NCBI RefSeq assembly: GCF_902652985.1
Contig: NC_047017.1
Span: forward strand, 24,986,001 to 25,050,000
Source of the DNA: Pecten maximus
Lineage: Eukaryota
DNA length: 64,000 nucleotides
Reading direction: 5' to 3'
A program made the translations under genes and the position numbers. The notes below the pieces were generated by a model. The model had not been told where the DNA came from and did not search any database. It saw nothing but the letters and a program-made list of their open reading frames with translations. This document shows, piece by piece, positions 14,767-27,580 of this stretch (position 1 is the first letter of the stretch; each line of letters begins with the position of its first letter).

Positions 14767-15497
14767 GATAAACCCAAACGGCGATGTTTTACACACAAAG
14801 AACTCTAATACGACTGTAATGGATCTTTACGGGATCCTTTTTGGTTAGAAACATTAACGCTCTCATTGCGACATATGAGAGCTCAAGTAATCGACACTTA
14901 CTTTTTTGTTATAGGCTGGTATCTGTCCTGTGGCATTCATTGTCTTATGAATATCGACCATCAATTAGGACTGAGGCTGTAAACAGACTTTATCAGTATT
15001 CATCGCCGTGATACAACAACAGAAACAAGAATGTAATAACGTGCATGGTATTACAGCAGGTCATGGTCCGATCTCAGCTTACGTCATGCAAGATAACAGG
15101 GATACAGTTTATAGAATACTGGGTATTCTAGGATACAGTTGTATGTCGTAAACAGAGAATGAACTCGAGTAAAGTTCCAAATGATCTTAGAATCTACCTT
15201 GATTATTATGCTTTAAATTGAGAATGAATTCTTGTAAAATTCCAAAGGATCTTAAAATCTACCTTAATTATTATGCTTTAAACTTAGAATGAACTCGTGT
15301 AAAGTTCCCAATGATCTTAAGATCTACGTCTGCGAGGATATGTATTAGACTGAGTATGCACTTTTATAACGTCCCGAATTATCATAATATCCACGTTCAC
15401 GAGTACACTGTTAAGGGAATATGTACTCGTACAAGATTTCGTATGCACTGTTAAGAGGGTATGTACTCGTATAAGATTTCGTCTGATCTTAAGATCT
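14767..15497. repeat. Copy 1 of a ~730-bp near-identical direct duplication
   Basis: Matches 15691-16420; the only difference seen by eye is a 1-bp indel (ttacgggatcc vs ttacggatcc). Confidence 0.95.
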
Positions 15498-15690
15498 GCT
15501 TAAGAATTGCTCCACTAAACTCTAATACTAGATTATCTCCCCCTAGTTTGAAACTTAGTATCAGACATATTCTAGATACCAAATTCATCAACCTCAATTA
15601 TATTGATAATTTTGATATTCTGGAGACAGTTGGTCAGCCTACATCATCATAAAAACTCGGTCGACCAAAGAAACATGGGGACTCACTCTG

Positions 15691-16420
15691 GATAAACCCA
15701 AACGGCGATGTTTTACACACAAAGAACTCTAATACGACTGTAATGGATCTTTACGGATCCTTTTTGGTTAGAAACATTAACGCTCTCATTGCGACATATG
15801 AGAGCTCAAGTAATCGACACTTACTTTTTTGTTATAGGCTGGTATCTGTCCTGTGGCATTCATTGTCTTATGAATATCGACCATCAATTAGGACTGAGGC
15901 TGTAAACAGACTTTATCAGTATTCATCGCCGTGATACAACAACAGAAACAAGAATGTAATAACGTGCATGGTATTACAGCAGGTCATGGTCCGATCTCAG
16001 CTTACGTCATGCAAGATAACAGGGATACAGTTTATAGAATACTGGGTATTCTAGGATACAGTTGTATGTCGTAAACAGAGAATGAACTCGAGTAAAGTTC
16101 CAAATGATCTTAGAATCTACCTTGATTATTATGCTTTAAATTGAGAATGAATTCTTGTAAAATTCCAAAGGATCTTAAAATCTACCTTAATTATTATGCT
16201 TTAAACTTAGAATGAACTCGTGTAAAGTTCCCAATGATCTTAAGATCTACGTCTGCGAGGATATGTATTAGACTGAGTATGCACTTTTATAACGTCCCGA
16301 ATTATCATAATATCCACGTTCACGAGTACACTGTTAAGGGAATATGTACTCGTACAAGATTTCGTATGCACTGTTAAGAGGGTATGTACTCGTATAAGAT
16401 TTCGTCTGATCTTAAGATCT
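15691..16420. repeat. Copy 2 of a ~730-bp near-identical direct duplication
   Basis: Matches 14767-15497. Confidence 0.95.
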
Positions 16421-16882
16421 ACGTTCACGGGTACACTGTTAAGGGGGTATGTACTCGTATAAGATTTCGTATAATCATAATATCCACGTTCACGAGTACA
16501 CTGTTAAGGGAATATGTACTCGTATAGGATTTCGTATGCACTGTTAAGAGGGTATGTACTAGTATAAGATTTCGTATGAACATAAGATATACGTTTACGA
16601 GTACACTGTTAAGGGGCTATGTACTCGTATAAGATTTCGTATGATCTTAAGATCTACGTTCACGGGTACGTTCACGGGTTCACAAGTACACTGATAAGGG
16701 GCTATGTATTCGTATATCTATAAGAATTCGTATGATCATAATATCTCGTTCACGAGTACACTGTTAATATGGTATGTACTCGTATAAGCTTTCGTATGAT
16801 CTTAAGATCTACGTTCACGGGTACACTGTTAAGGGGGTATGTACTCGTATAAGATTTCTTATGATCATAAGATCTACGTTTA
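16310..16882. repeat. ~65-bp tandem repeat with 40-bp deleted variants
   Basis: Unit acgttcacgggtacactgttaagggggtatgtactcgtataagatttcgtatgatcttaagatct (copies at 16421 and 16486). Confidence 0.9.
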
Positions 16883-18490
16883 CCTGTGATATTTATAAAT
16901 TATATATACCATGTACCAGTAGCATGTTTGTCTTGTGATAGTCACGGCGATCAGCGTCTCCTCGTGTCACTCAGATATGCAGCAGGAATGACGTACAGTA
17001 TATATCTGTTCTCTTTGATGTTTTATTGCTCTGAACTAATTATAAGATGAAAATTTAATTAATTACCCAAATTCTCTATTTGTTTTGTTTTTTTTATCAT
17101 TCGCTCATCGACCTTATTAAGTTAATGGTCTGTTTTATGTGATTTTCTTTTATAATGAAGGTTATATCTTTGTACCGTGTTCACCTTCTCGCGGGACCAA
17201 GATCGATACGGATTGGTGACAGATTATCGGTATAATAAGAAAGGTACGATGTGTCAGTGTCCTTCAGGTGAATCTAATTAAAATACAGTGTTCATTAATA
17301 CACAGTAACCCGTGCAGTTCCATGTCTACACTATACGACTCTTAGGAAAGTAACATGTTGTTCTTTAAAGTTAAAAAGAAAAAAGAAAAAAAGAGAATTA
17401 TAAATGACACTTAAACACCTTATCTAAAAGCTAAATTAATTAAGTTGCTCTTTAATTATTTTTTTCATAATAATCAACATGAATAAGTAAATAATTAACT
17501 AATTTAATGACTATCTCAATGTTATTTTCGTGACTGTATTCTATATTATCTTTATTAACGTTGTACCATCAACATTAGACTGGACACCAGCCCCTTAGTT
17601 TTTTTGTTAGAGTTGCTTCACTAAACTCTAATACTAGATTATCTCCCCCTAGTTTAAAAATTAGGATTAGACATATCCTAGAGACCCCAATTATATTTAT
17701 AATTTTAATATTCTGGAGACAGTTGGCCAGCCTACATCATCATCAAAACGCGGTCGACCAAAGAAACATGTGGACTCACTCTGGATATTCTTGGAGCGAG
17801 GACGGTAGCTGTAAAGAGACAGAGTTTAGAGGCCTGACGTGGCACCTGGCACGGATAGGTAACATATAACGAGTATTAATTATCGATAAGCATGTCATAC
17901 TATCCACATAACTACCAATATATTTGAATTAAGTATTGTAACTAATTATCGTATCCATATTTCAAGTCTTACTCCGCTAAGAAAATATCTGGAACTCACA
18001 AGTTCGCTACGTAAAGATTGTTTAACGATGGATGGGTTAATTCACCTTTATCTTACCTAGATTACAGATAAGAAAATGGGGATTGTTAGTATCCTTCGGG
18101 TGAATCTATTCAGAATACAATGTTATTGGGAAAAATCGACGATCCGACGACAAAAATCATTCATTATCTCTGCGTTTTCTAAGAATATAATTGTTTGTAT
18201 GAATAAAGTGGCTGCATCTTTCAACAAGGTGTTCAAAGTATATTCGGTTAAATACCGTTTGTAAGTAAGCGAAAAGTGAAGCGCAATATTTTTCGATAAA
18301 CATTTTTCACAAAAACCTTTTTAAAAGGTCCTGGGTGTTGAGACTTGGACAAATGTAATAGATAATCATCTTAATATTTTCTTAGTATTGAAATAAAGTT
18401 TAAGCATATGCCGTTTGGGATTTTTTTTATAAAACCCCAAGGGAACATTAGTGGTAGAAATGGGAATATATTTGTATGGTAAATATAATA

Positions 18491-18730
18491 GGAGCCGAGG
18501 TTGCCGAGTGATCAAGGTGTCCCGAAACTTTATCACAAGCTCTCCACCTCTGGGTGGCGAGTTAATTCCTTCCAATTCATTCCATACTGGCCAGTTATCA
18601 GGTACTGATCGTAGGCCGGTGGTTTTTCTCCGGGTACTCCGGCTTTCTTCCACCTCCATAACCTGGCACGTCCTTAAATGACCATGGCTGTAAAAAGGAC
18701 TTAAAACAAAATAAGCCAAACCAAACCAAA
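18491..18730 (+). mobile_element. tRNA-derived SINE with V-domain-like core, older copy
   Basis: Head ggagccgaggttgccgagtgatcaagg (A-box-like), core ggtttttctccgggtactccggctttc, (ccaaa)n tail. Homologous to 28096-28323 on the minus strand. B-box is degraded. Confidence 0.85.
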
Positions 18731-19715
18731 TATACAGCAATATATTATCAATCGAAGACGTGATAATAATGAGCTGGTCAAGAGAGATATAGGTGAAAAC
18801 ATAACAATATAACATCACTGTTTATATACTAGTGATACTATACAATGATTTAGCGCGGAGTCGTTTATAAATCAATGGTGTGAAAGCAAATTAAAAATGA
18901 TATTCGAACAGATGTGGTCCAACTTATTCCTGGTAAAAGTATTTTTAATTCTACATAAAAATCACTAATTGTGAGCAGAATTATAAATAGCATTTGTAAA
19001 GTTGTAATGTTTTACACAGCGGATTGACAACCATTCCTTTAACTCGTTTTTAGTAACCGGTGCGTTTCCATAGTCTGCAGTACAAGCTATTGGTACATAT
19101 AAAAATGATTTTTAATTCAGTTTCCAATTATTATGTAATCTGGTGACAAGGCACACATTTTGTTCTATTTTTCCATTTTAATAATCATTAATTGCATTCA
19201 AAACTTTAAAAACAATATTTCCATTTTTGGCAGCGTGTTTGTTACGTGGCTTTATGGAGTCATATCTGTCAAATTTGAGAACTGAACATCTGAACCGTCA
19301 ATATTAAACATGTTACGTCGGATTCTAAGTTGAAATTAAAATTGCCTTTTTTAAAGTTCGGTTAATCGAGGAACTACGCGTAATCGTGATATTGCTGGTT
19401 GGGTTACAACGGCATTATTTATTCTAGACATGGTAGACCCCTGATTGTCTTTTGTTTTTGTTTTTGTTTTATTGATGGTATTGTGGAATGAGAGTTCACA
19501 TAAACACTAATTCTATTGTGTATCATACTGAGAACCCAGCCGTTAAATACAGGTAAATGTGACCTCGATTCCAAGAAGCCGAGTCAGTAAGCTATGTTTT
19601 TAATGCTAATATTATAAGCAGAATTTTTGAGGTACAAGTATAACTTCATCCATTCATGTTACGTTTGGTAGTAATAACACTGTTTTTATAGTGTATTTGC
19701 ATGTTTCAAAAACTG

Positions 19716-21219
19716 AGTAGAATGTTCCCATATCCAGTAGACTGTCTTCATATCCAGTAGACTGTCTTCATATCCAGTAGAGTGTTCTCATATCCAGTAG
19801 AGTGTCCCCATATCCAGTAGAGTGTCTCCATATCCAGTAGACTGTCCTCATATCCAGTAGAGTGTTCTCATATCCAGTAGAGTGTCCCCATATCCAGTAG
19901 ACTGTCCTCATATCCAGTAGAGTGTTCTCATATCCAGTAGAGTGTTCTCATATCCAGTAGAATGTTCCCATATCCAGTAGAATGTTCCCATATCCAGTAG
20001 AGTGTTCTCATATCCAGTAGAGTGTCCCCATATCCAGTAGAGTGTCCCCATATCCAGTAGAGTGTTCTCATATCCAGTAGAGTGTTCCCATATCCAGTAG
20101 AATGTTCTCATATCCAGTAGAGTGTTCCCATATCCAGTAGAATGTTCCCATATCCAGTAGACTGTCCCCATATCCAGTAGAGTGTTCTCATATCCAGTAG
20201 AGTGTCCCCATATCCAGTAGAGTGTCTCCATATCCAGTAGAGTGTCCCCATATCCAGTAGAGTGTCCCCATATCCAGTAGAGTGTCCCCATATCCAGTAG
20301 ACTGTCCCCATATCCAGTAGACTGTCCCCATATCCAGTAGACTGTCCCCATATCCAGTAGAGTGTCCTCATATCCAGTAGAGTGTCCTCATATCCAGTAG
20401 AGTGTCCTCATATCCAGTAGAGTGTCCCCATATCCAGTAGAGTGTCCCCATATCCAGTAGACTGTCCTCATATCCAGTAAAGTGTCCCCATATCCAGTAG
20501 AGTGTTCCCATATCCAGTAGAGTGTTCCCATATCCAGTAGAGTGTCCCCATATTCAGTAGACTGTCCCCATATCCAGTAGAGTGTCCCCATATCCAGTAG
20601 AGTGTCCCCATATCCAATAGACTGTCCTCATATCCAGTAGAGTGTCCCCATATCCAGTAGACTGTCCCCATATCCAGTAGAGTGTCCCCATATTCAGTAG
20701 ACTGTCCCCATATCCAGTAGAGTGTCCTCATATCCAGTAGAGTGTCCCCATATCCAGTAGAGTGTCCCCATATCCAGTAGAGTGTCCTCATATCCAGTAG
20801 AGTGTCCCCATATCCAGTAGACTGTCCTCATATCCAGTAGAGTGTCCCCATATCCAGTAGAGTGTCCCCATATCCAGTAGACTGTCCTCATATCCAGTAG
20901 AGTGTTCTCATATCCAGTAGAGTGCTCCCATATCCAGTAGACTGTCCCCATATCCAGTAGGCTGTCCCCATATCCAATAGAGTGTCCCCATATCCAGTAG
21001 AGTGTCCCCATATCCAGTAGAGTGTCCTCATATCCAGTAGACTGTCCCCATATCCAATAGAGTGTCCCCATATCCAGTAGACTGTCCCCATATCCAATAG
21101 AGTGTCCCCATATCCAGTAGACTGTCCCCATATCCAATAGAGTGTCCCCATATCCAGTAGAGTGTCCCCATATCCAGTAGACTGTCCCCATATCCAGTAG
21201 AGTGTCCCATATTCAGTAG
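19716..21219. repeat. 20-bp tandem minisatellite (~75 copies)
   Basis: Unit catatccagtagagtgtccc in near-perfect register; source of the repetitive ORFs at 19908-21228. Confidence 0.98.
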
Positions 21220-21505
21220 ATTGCTCAAATATTCATTTGAATGTTACCATACTCATAAGAGTCTTTTAATATTCACTAGGGTGTTCCCTTTTTCAGTAGA
21301 ATGTCCCTATATTCATTAGATTGTTTCCAGATTCACTAGGGTGTTCCCTTTTTCAGTGGGGTGTTCCAATGTTCATTAGAGTGTTCCAATACTTATAAGA
21401 GTCATTCTATATTCACTAGGGTGTTCCCTGTTTCGGTAACATGTTCCTATATTCATTAAAGCATTCCATTTTTCAGTAGTGTGTTCCAATATTCACCAGA
21501 ATGTG
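21220..21505. repeat. Degenerate 20-bp repeat related to the adjacent array
   Basis: Units such as tattcactagggtgttccct and tttcagtagaatgtccctat keep the 20-bp period. Confidence 0.75.
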
Positions 21506-23569
21506 AGCATTAACCCTGTAGTTTTGTGAGAGGCTGAATCGCTTCCATATCCTCCAGATTATCTGTCCTTTTCAATCCTCATCTTGGGGTAAGCGATGTA
21601 TCGCACTCTAGCATGATCTATGTTGTAATAGACTGGAGGTTGTTTTCATGGTTTATAAGTTCCAATCCAAGATCAAATGAAAATAATGTAATGTCAGATG
21701 TATGTCGTAACATCTGGTTCATTAAGACGTTTGACCACAGTTTAGAAATCGGTGTGATTGTCTAACAGTGAGAGAGGAAGCTAGTTTATATATCAACTTC
21801 CTGAATTCATTGTAGAATTCTACAAGTACTTATTAGAATATAAGAGTTTAATGTTACAAAGTAATATCAAACGTACAGTCATTTTGTCAGCAGCTGGTTG
21901 GAAGATTTAATGAGGTGTTCACACATTACGTAACGAGAAAGTCCTATGATAAACTATAACAGTTTTCATTTATTTGTTTATTCCATTACATTCATGTAAT
22001 CAAATACTCATTAATAACCCGAGGTATTTCTATACGACAATTTACCATATTATGCGATCCTTACATGTTTTTTGCATTCACGGCATGTTATTACAAAATA
22101 ACAAAATGTACCGCCGTTCCTGTGCACTATAGTGCTGTTCGTGGCAGCTCTAACGGCTGTTTATCGGTCTTTGGCGCACACAATTTCCATTACATTTAAG
22201 TATACATGTTTATGTATTATCTATAAAATGTTAACATCCCTCCCTTGTTGGCGCTGTCATGTTTGAGTTTCTACCATGCTACATTAGGTTTATGGCGCTA
22301 TTTTCGGGAATATCCGTCCGCTGTGTGTGACAGGGCTTTCCACCATGACAGATATTGATGTCCCCTCCGTCAGATCTCGCGCCATTACCTATCCACGTCT
22401 GCGCGCGCCGACACATCAGAATCGTTGACGCCGAAAACCTAAGTCTCTATTTGGGAAAAATGCTGAATAAGTCTAGAACAACGGATCCTAGAATTACGCT
22501 CCGTCAGTGAACTAACGCGCGGGGTAATTCGGACAGACAAGTCTTTTCCCCGGATAAAACACCCCTGTATCGAACGCAGATGCCAAAGGACCCAAGAGGT
22601 TGCCGACAGGGCCATGCACGATGACAAGGAAAGCTTGTTGATGACTCGAAACAACTGGTGGTATATATGTCTGTATTATTTGGCCCATAGCTGACAATGC
22701 TCGTTTTGTTGACATCTCATTTAGGAATAAACATCTCGTTTGCACTGTTTTAACTCGAGCACGGGCTGACTTTACTTGCCTTTGTTCCGAGGATCCACGA
22801 ATTGATATTAACTTTTGCTCAACTAAATCACTATTGATTTTTTTCGTCTTTGCTACATAAAACAAATTAATTTGAAAAATGATATGCTCGATACGTTGAA
22901 TCTGCTTGCCTTTTATTTATCGTGCCTCCATAGAATCGACGCTCTCAGACCATATATATGAATGAAAACCAGAGATAATTACAAGACGGGGAATTTGTAA
23001 TTAAAACACATTAAAATTTTAATCGAATCCATCCTCTCCGTTAAATGTATGCTAGTCATTACTCTCCGAAAAAAACGACAGGTATTTTGTTTTCGTGCTG
23101 TAGAATTACACAGTCAGAATACATTCTACGTCGATAAATATCGCCCACATCACAAACTATTTTTTGGAGTGAATTCAGCTTAGCCTTCTGTATTGGATTT
23201 ATATGATACCGAGTCTGAATAGCTCATTGATATACGGTATGAACGAGATACGGAGCGTTCTCATTCCAATATGCATTGAATCTAAAATGTAATCTCCTGG
23301 TCACCTTTATGGTCGCCCTCTCTACGACAGGGTCAGATTAACAACGATGCGACAATTCAACTGGTGCGTTGGAGCTGTCATCTTAATTACGGCCTGATTA
23401 ATTCCTTAGCCGTAATGATAGTGATTTGAATTAATGATTACGACCAATTAGCGGGAGATCAATCGGTTCATTACAAATCGATACTAGTTGATTTAGCGTT
23501 GACCTGCAACTATTCAAATAAAAACACGAATAAATTGTAAGTTTATCCCTAGCGTAATTACGTTTACAG

Positions 23570-23672
23570 GTATCAGTGCGAAGAATGAGCAGATTCCATC
23601 GATGTCTCAGAGTCCTCATTGTGATCAATCTCACCAGATTAGTTATAAGGTCTTAGCATATCGGAACGACAG
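23570..23672 (+). CDS. Candidate exon of unknown gene (ISAKNEQIPSMSQSPHCDQSHQISYKVLAYRND)
   Basis: Acceptor cgtttacag|G, consensus donor CAG|GTGAGT, open frame; no recognised homology. Confidence 0.2.
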
Positions 23673-25084
23673 GTGAGTCAGATATTACGTTTAAAAGCTT
23701 TTCTCAGTTACCAATTATCCTCTATTGTTTCTGTAATGATATAGAATCATGTGAGAATATAGATCCCTGTGATATTAAGGTTTTGTTCATTTGCTAGGAT
23801 AAAATGCATTAAACCGCACGTTCAATACACACCTTACTGCTTATAATTCTACAAGGTAGCAGTGTGACAGTGTCCAATTAAGTCAAATCATCTACAGAAT
23901 CACGCGATACTAAGCTGGAGATGATTCCAAACTTAATTATTTCTACCACAAACTGATAAGATAAACTTTTTTTTTTTTTATAATATTCCATTGTTCTTTC
24001 TTTACCATGTCTATTATTTGTATAAAGACACTGATATTAGTTATACTTACCAAGCATTTATTACAAAATACATTTCTGTAATTAAGTGAAAGTGAAATTG
24101 AGGCAAATGTTATTTTCGTCATCATTAACAATTTGTGTTACGTATACGCTGGCTTGGTTTGATATACATGTTATACAGACCGGCAGATATCATACGTGTA
24201 CATAATGTATATCTGATGTTGTTTAGGCAGATTGTGTAGGTCCTTTCTATATAAACGAGCTGTGTAACATCATAACACATTTCTATTTATTGACACCCTA
24301 TGTATTGCGATCTGTTATGATGTTAAACAAAGCCTTACAGGGGAAGAATACAATGCCATTTTAAATGTACTTGTTTTTTTTATTTGTTTGTCTCAGTTTA
24401 AATATGCTTGTAATCCTGCTCCAATGCGACACATTGCAGGCCATATTGTTTTTTCTTTAGTTTTGAGGTTGAGACACGGCCGATATCGAATTGGTTGGTG
24501 GGAAAGTATGATATCTTGTTTTTACTGACACCCTATACAATACAACATCATTATGATGCAAGGGAATAATAGACTTTAGTCTTTCGTTTCGTTCAGTTTT
24601 TGAACTTTTATTTCGAGGATGTACAATACCTTCTCTTTTTCGTTTTGAGCTAGGAAATATTTTCAGACAACGCACATGCACTGGATGTCCTTGATATGGT
24701 GATAATGGTTCCATAGATCGCAATTAACCGTTATTCAGCAGCTTTATAGTAGCAAATAAAATGTCTGGACTCGTAGTAATCCGCCATACACAACATAACT
24801 ATGTATATTTTAAAGGTAAAAAGTACCATACCGATAAACACATTGCTTGTCTTTATTGTGAATGTAAGCGAGACCCTGTATAATTTTGGTCTCTATATAC
24901 ATTCATTTCCGAAAATTGCCGAGATAAATTCCCTCTTTTTTTAGTAACACAAAAATAAATGTATATCTCCGTAAACGGTGGAAGTAGAAAAAAATGCCGC
25001 TGTCTTGTTTTGCTCTTCAGATTGTTGCATTACTTTCAACCAAGTATTTCGGTCGCCTCCTAGTAGTCAACATGTTAGGCCGGA

Positions 25085-25125
25085 ACAGTACTGACGAGTC
25101 CTTGAAGGAAACAGCTGGTGCAGTT
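25085..25125 (+). ncRNA. Degenerate minimal type-I hammerhead ribozyme motif
   Basis: CTGACGA-gtcc-ttgaa-g-GAAAC-AGCT-g; stem II and the cleavage triplet are damaged by small deletions. Confidence 0.5.
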
Positions 25126-25479
25126 AAATTCAGTTAAACTCTACTGCATAAAGCTCTTGTGTATATACATATAGTGCTATAACCTATCGCAAAGTATATA
25201 TCTTACTTGATGATAAACCTGTGAAATATCTCAAAAAAAAAAAAAAAATAAATAAATGTTAGTTTATTCTTCATGGGTTAAAATCTGGTATATTAACACA
25301 TTTTATCTGCTGATATTTAATACTGATGTCTGCATCTTCACTGTATACGTTAAGCAAACTATCTGGTTATTTGAAAATCAATAATATTTTTATGGCAAAA
25401 TAATCGAAAGTTATGTATGTATGCAATGGTCAAAACACGTGTGAGTAAAATACGCGCGTGCCAGTTAATGAGGTCCCTC

Positions 25480-25560
25480 CCTGAGTCACCAACACAAAGA
25501 GTACTTCCCTGTCATCACACGAGTTAGAAACAATCCGTATTGCACAATGAGTCATGACTT
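25480..25560. promoter_or_regulatory. Cluster of AP-1 and C/EBP-type motifs upstream of a candidate first exon
   Basis: TGAGTCA at 25482 and 25548; ATTGCACAAT at 25539-25548 overlaps the second site by one base. Confidence 0.25.
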
Positions 25561-25646
25561 CATTACTCCTGTGATCGTATATACACACATTACTACTATA
25601 GTCTTCAGCCCCGTCAATCGTAACGGCCTATTGGTGGTACGGATTG

Positions 25647-25745
25647 ATGGATCGAGACGATTACACAGTTACAACCCTGGCTACTGATGGCATTCCTATG
25701 CTATCGAGGTATTTCAGTAACTCACCCCTACGATTCCATCAAACT
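25647..25745 (+). CDS. Candidate first coding exon (MDRDDYTVTTLATDGIPMLSRYFSNSPLRFHQT)
   Basis: ATG followed by 33 open codons ending at donor |GTGAGT (phase 0); locally higher GC; no recognised homology. Confidence 0.25.
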
Positions 25746-27134
25746 GTGAGTGCATTTTGGTCAAATATCTATTAATCTGGATGTGAAACTATTTGGGAAA
25801 ACATACTTTTCACGTGAACATTAGTAATATATATTACCAACAAATCAAAGCGGTATAAATATATATTAACAGCAAGTAAAGAATTGCACACGAAATTAGG
25901 GTTTACCGTTTTATTCAAATATAAATCAATCACATTCTAGGATATGATATACATTTAAAAATGCAATGATCACTTATAAGCAATATTAATTGCTAAACTA
26001 CACCAATTTAAACTCTTAATATAACCGTTTAATGTTAACCTTTAATATAAAAATATATTTTTAAAAAATGAACCGTCATATGAAAACAGAAACGTTTCGG
26101 TTCACGGGTCTTGCTATTGTACCGCCATTAACATTACCTTCTCATCTATAATGCAACTAGCAATCTTAGATTTTAACACGTAAATTACAGTTACTAATGA
26201 TAGCATCAAAAAACAGGTCCATGGTGAAAAGAGCTCATCTATTATTGACACTGCTAGCAGGTCTTAACTTAGAGATAATAGAGGATATATAAAATGAAAA
26301 CAGGTTACTGATTTGCTTCCTAAAATCGCTCAAGCAAGTCACATTTCATCCATGACTGTTTATATTTGTGTTGTATGTATACATTTGTGTACATTTATGA
26401 ATTAATCATGTTAAATCATGAAAATTTAATAGTGTATATAAGGGGTTAAAGTGGAGTCGCTGAAGAATTATTTTCCGAACAACACGACATAAAACATGTA
26501 GTCGACCCAGACGACAAACATGTAGTTGACCCAGACGACGGTGATATATTGTTCGCCATTTTTTAATTTCTCGACAATTGTTGGTGCAACAATTTTATGT
26601 TCTAACATAGCATAATATATACCCATCACATAGTATATTTTCCTTCCCCCCCAATGTGAGTAATTGCTGTCCATATTCATTCTGTTCTAAGGTACGTTAT
26701 ATATATCATATATAACTAGATTTAAGGAAGGGCCATTGCTCTTTCAGTACGTAATGAATTATATGTTTTAGACCAGTCGCCACCATGTGTCAACCAGAAT
26801 CTCATTCTCGCCTGGTATTCTGTCCTATCCATTCTCAATAAACAATACATCAGCGAGAGCTATGACAATTACCGTTATCTTTTTCTGTTTTTTTCCCCTT
26901 GATAGTTACTCATTATTATTATTCTGATTTCAGTTATTTATTTTCCTTTTTTTTTTTGTTTTTCATTCAATTATGGCCTCCAATTCTGACGTTAATATTG
27001 TGGTAACATTTTGTGTTTTAGATATGTCTAAAAGTATAAGTTACAGAACTGACCTCGCAGAGTTCAGTATATATAATCTCTCGTTTAATGTCTCATTGAC
27101 GACACATTTAACAGGCTAGATACTTTCGTATACA

Positions 27135-27580
27135 TGTACGCCATGGTCTGGTTCCTGTGTACGCCATGGTCTGGTTCCTGTGTACGCCATGGCCTGGTTC
27201 CTGTGTACGCCATGGTCTGGTTCCTGTGTACGCAATGGCATGGTTCCTGTGTACGCCATGGTCTGGTTCCTGTGTACGCCATGGTCTGGTTCCTGTGAAC
27301 GCCATGGCCTGGTTCCTGTGTACGCCATGGCCTGGTTCCTGTGAACGCCATGGTCTGGTTCCTGTGTACGCAATGGCATGGTTCCTGTGTACGCCATGGT
27401 CTGGTTCCTGTGTACGCCATGGTCTGGTTCCTGTGTACGCCATGGCCTGGTTCCTGTGTACGCCATGGTCTGGTTCCTGTGTACGCCATGGCCTGGTTCC
27501 TGTGTACGCCATGGCCTGGTTCCTGTGTACGCCATGGCCTATTTCATGTGTACGCCATGGCCTGGTTCCTGTGTACGCCA
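27135..27580. repeat. 23-bp tandem minisatellite (~19 copies)
   Basis: Unit tgtacgccatggtctggttcctg; has no stops, so it gives ORFs in all six frames. Confidence 0.97.

Noticed and set aside
18366-18818. 150-aa and 76-aa ORFs
   Set aside because: They run through a SINE; the same peptide recurs at the other SINE copy (28117-28317).
19908-21228. ORFs of 66-165 aa with MGTLYWIWGHSTGYGDTLLD repeats
   Set aside because: Translation artefacts of the 20-bp satellite; the same peptide appears in all three minus frames.
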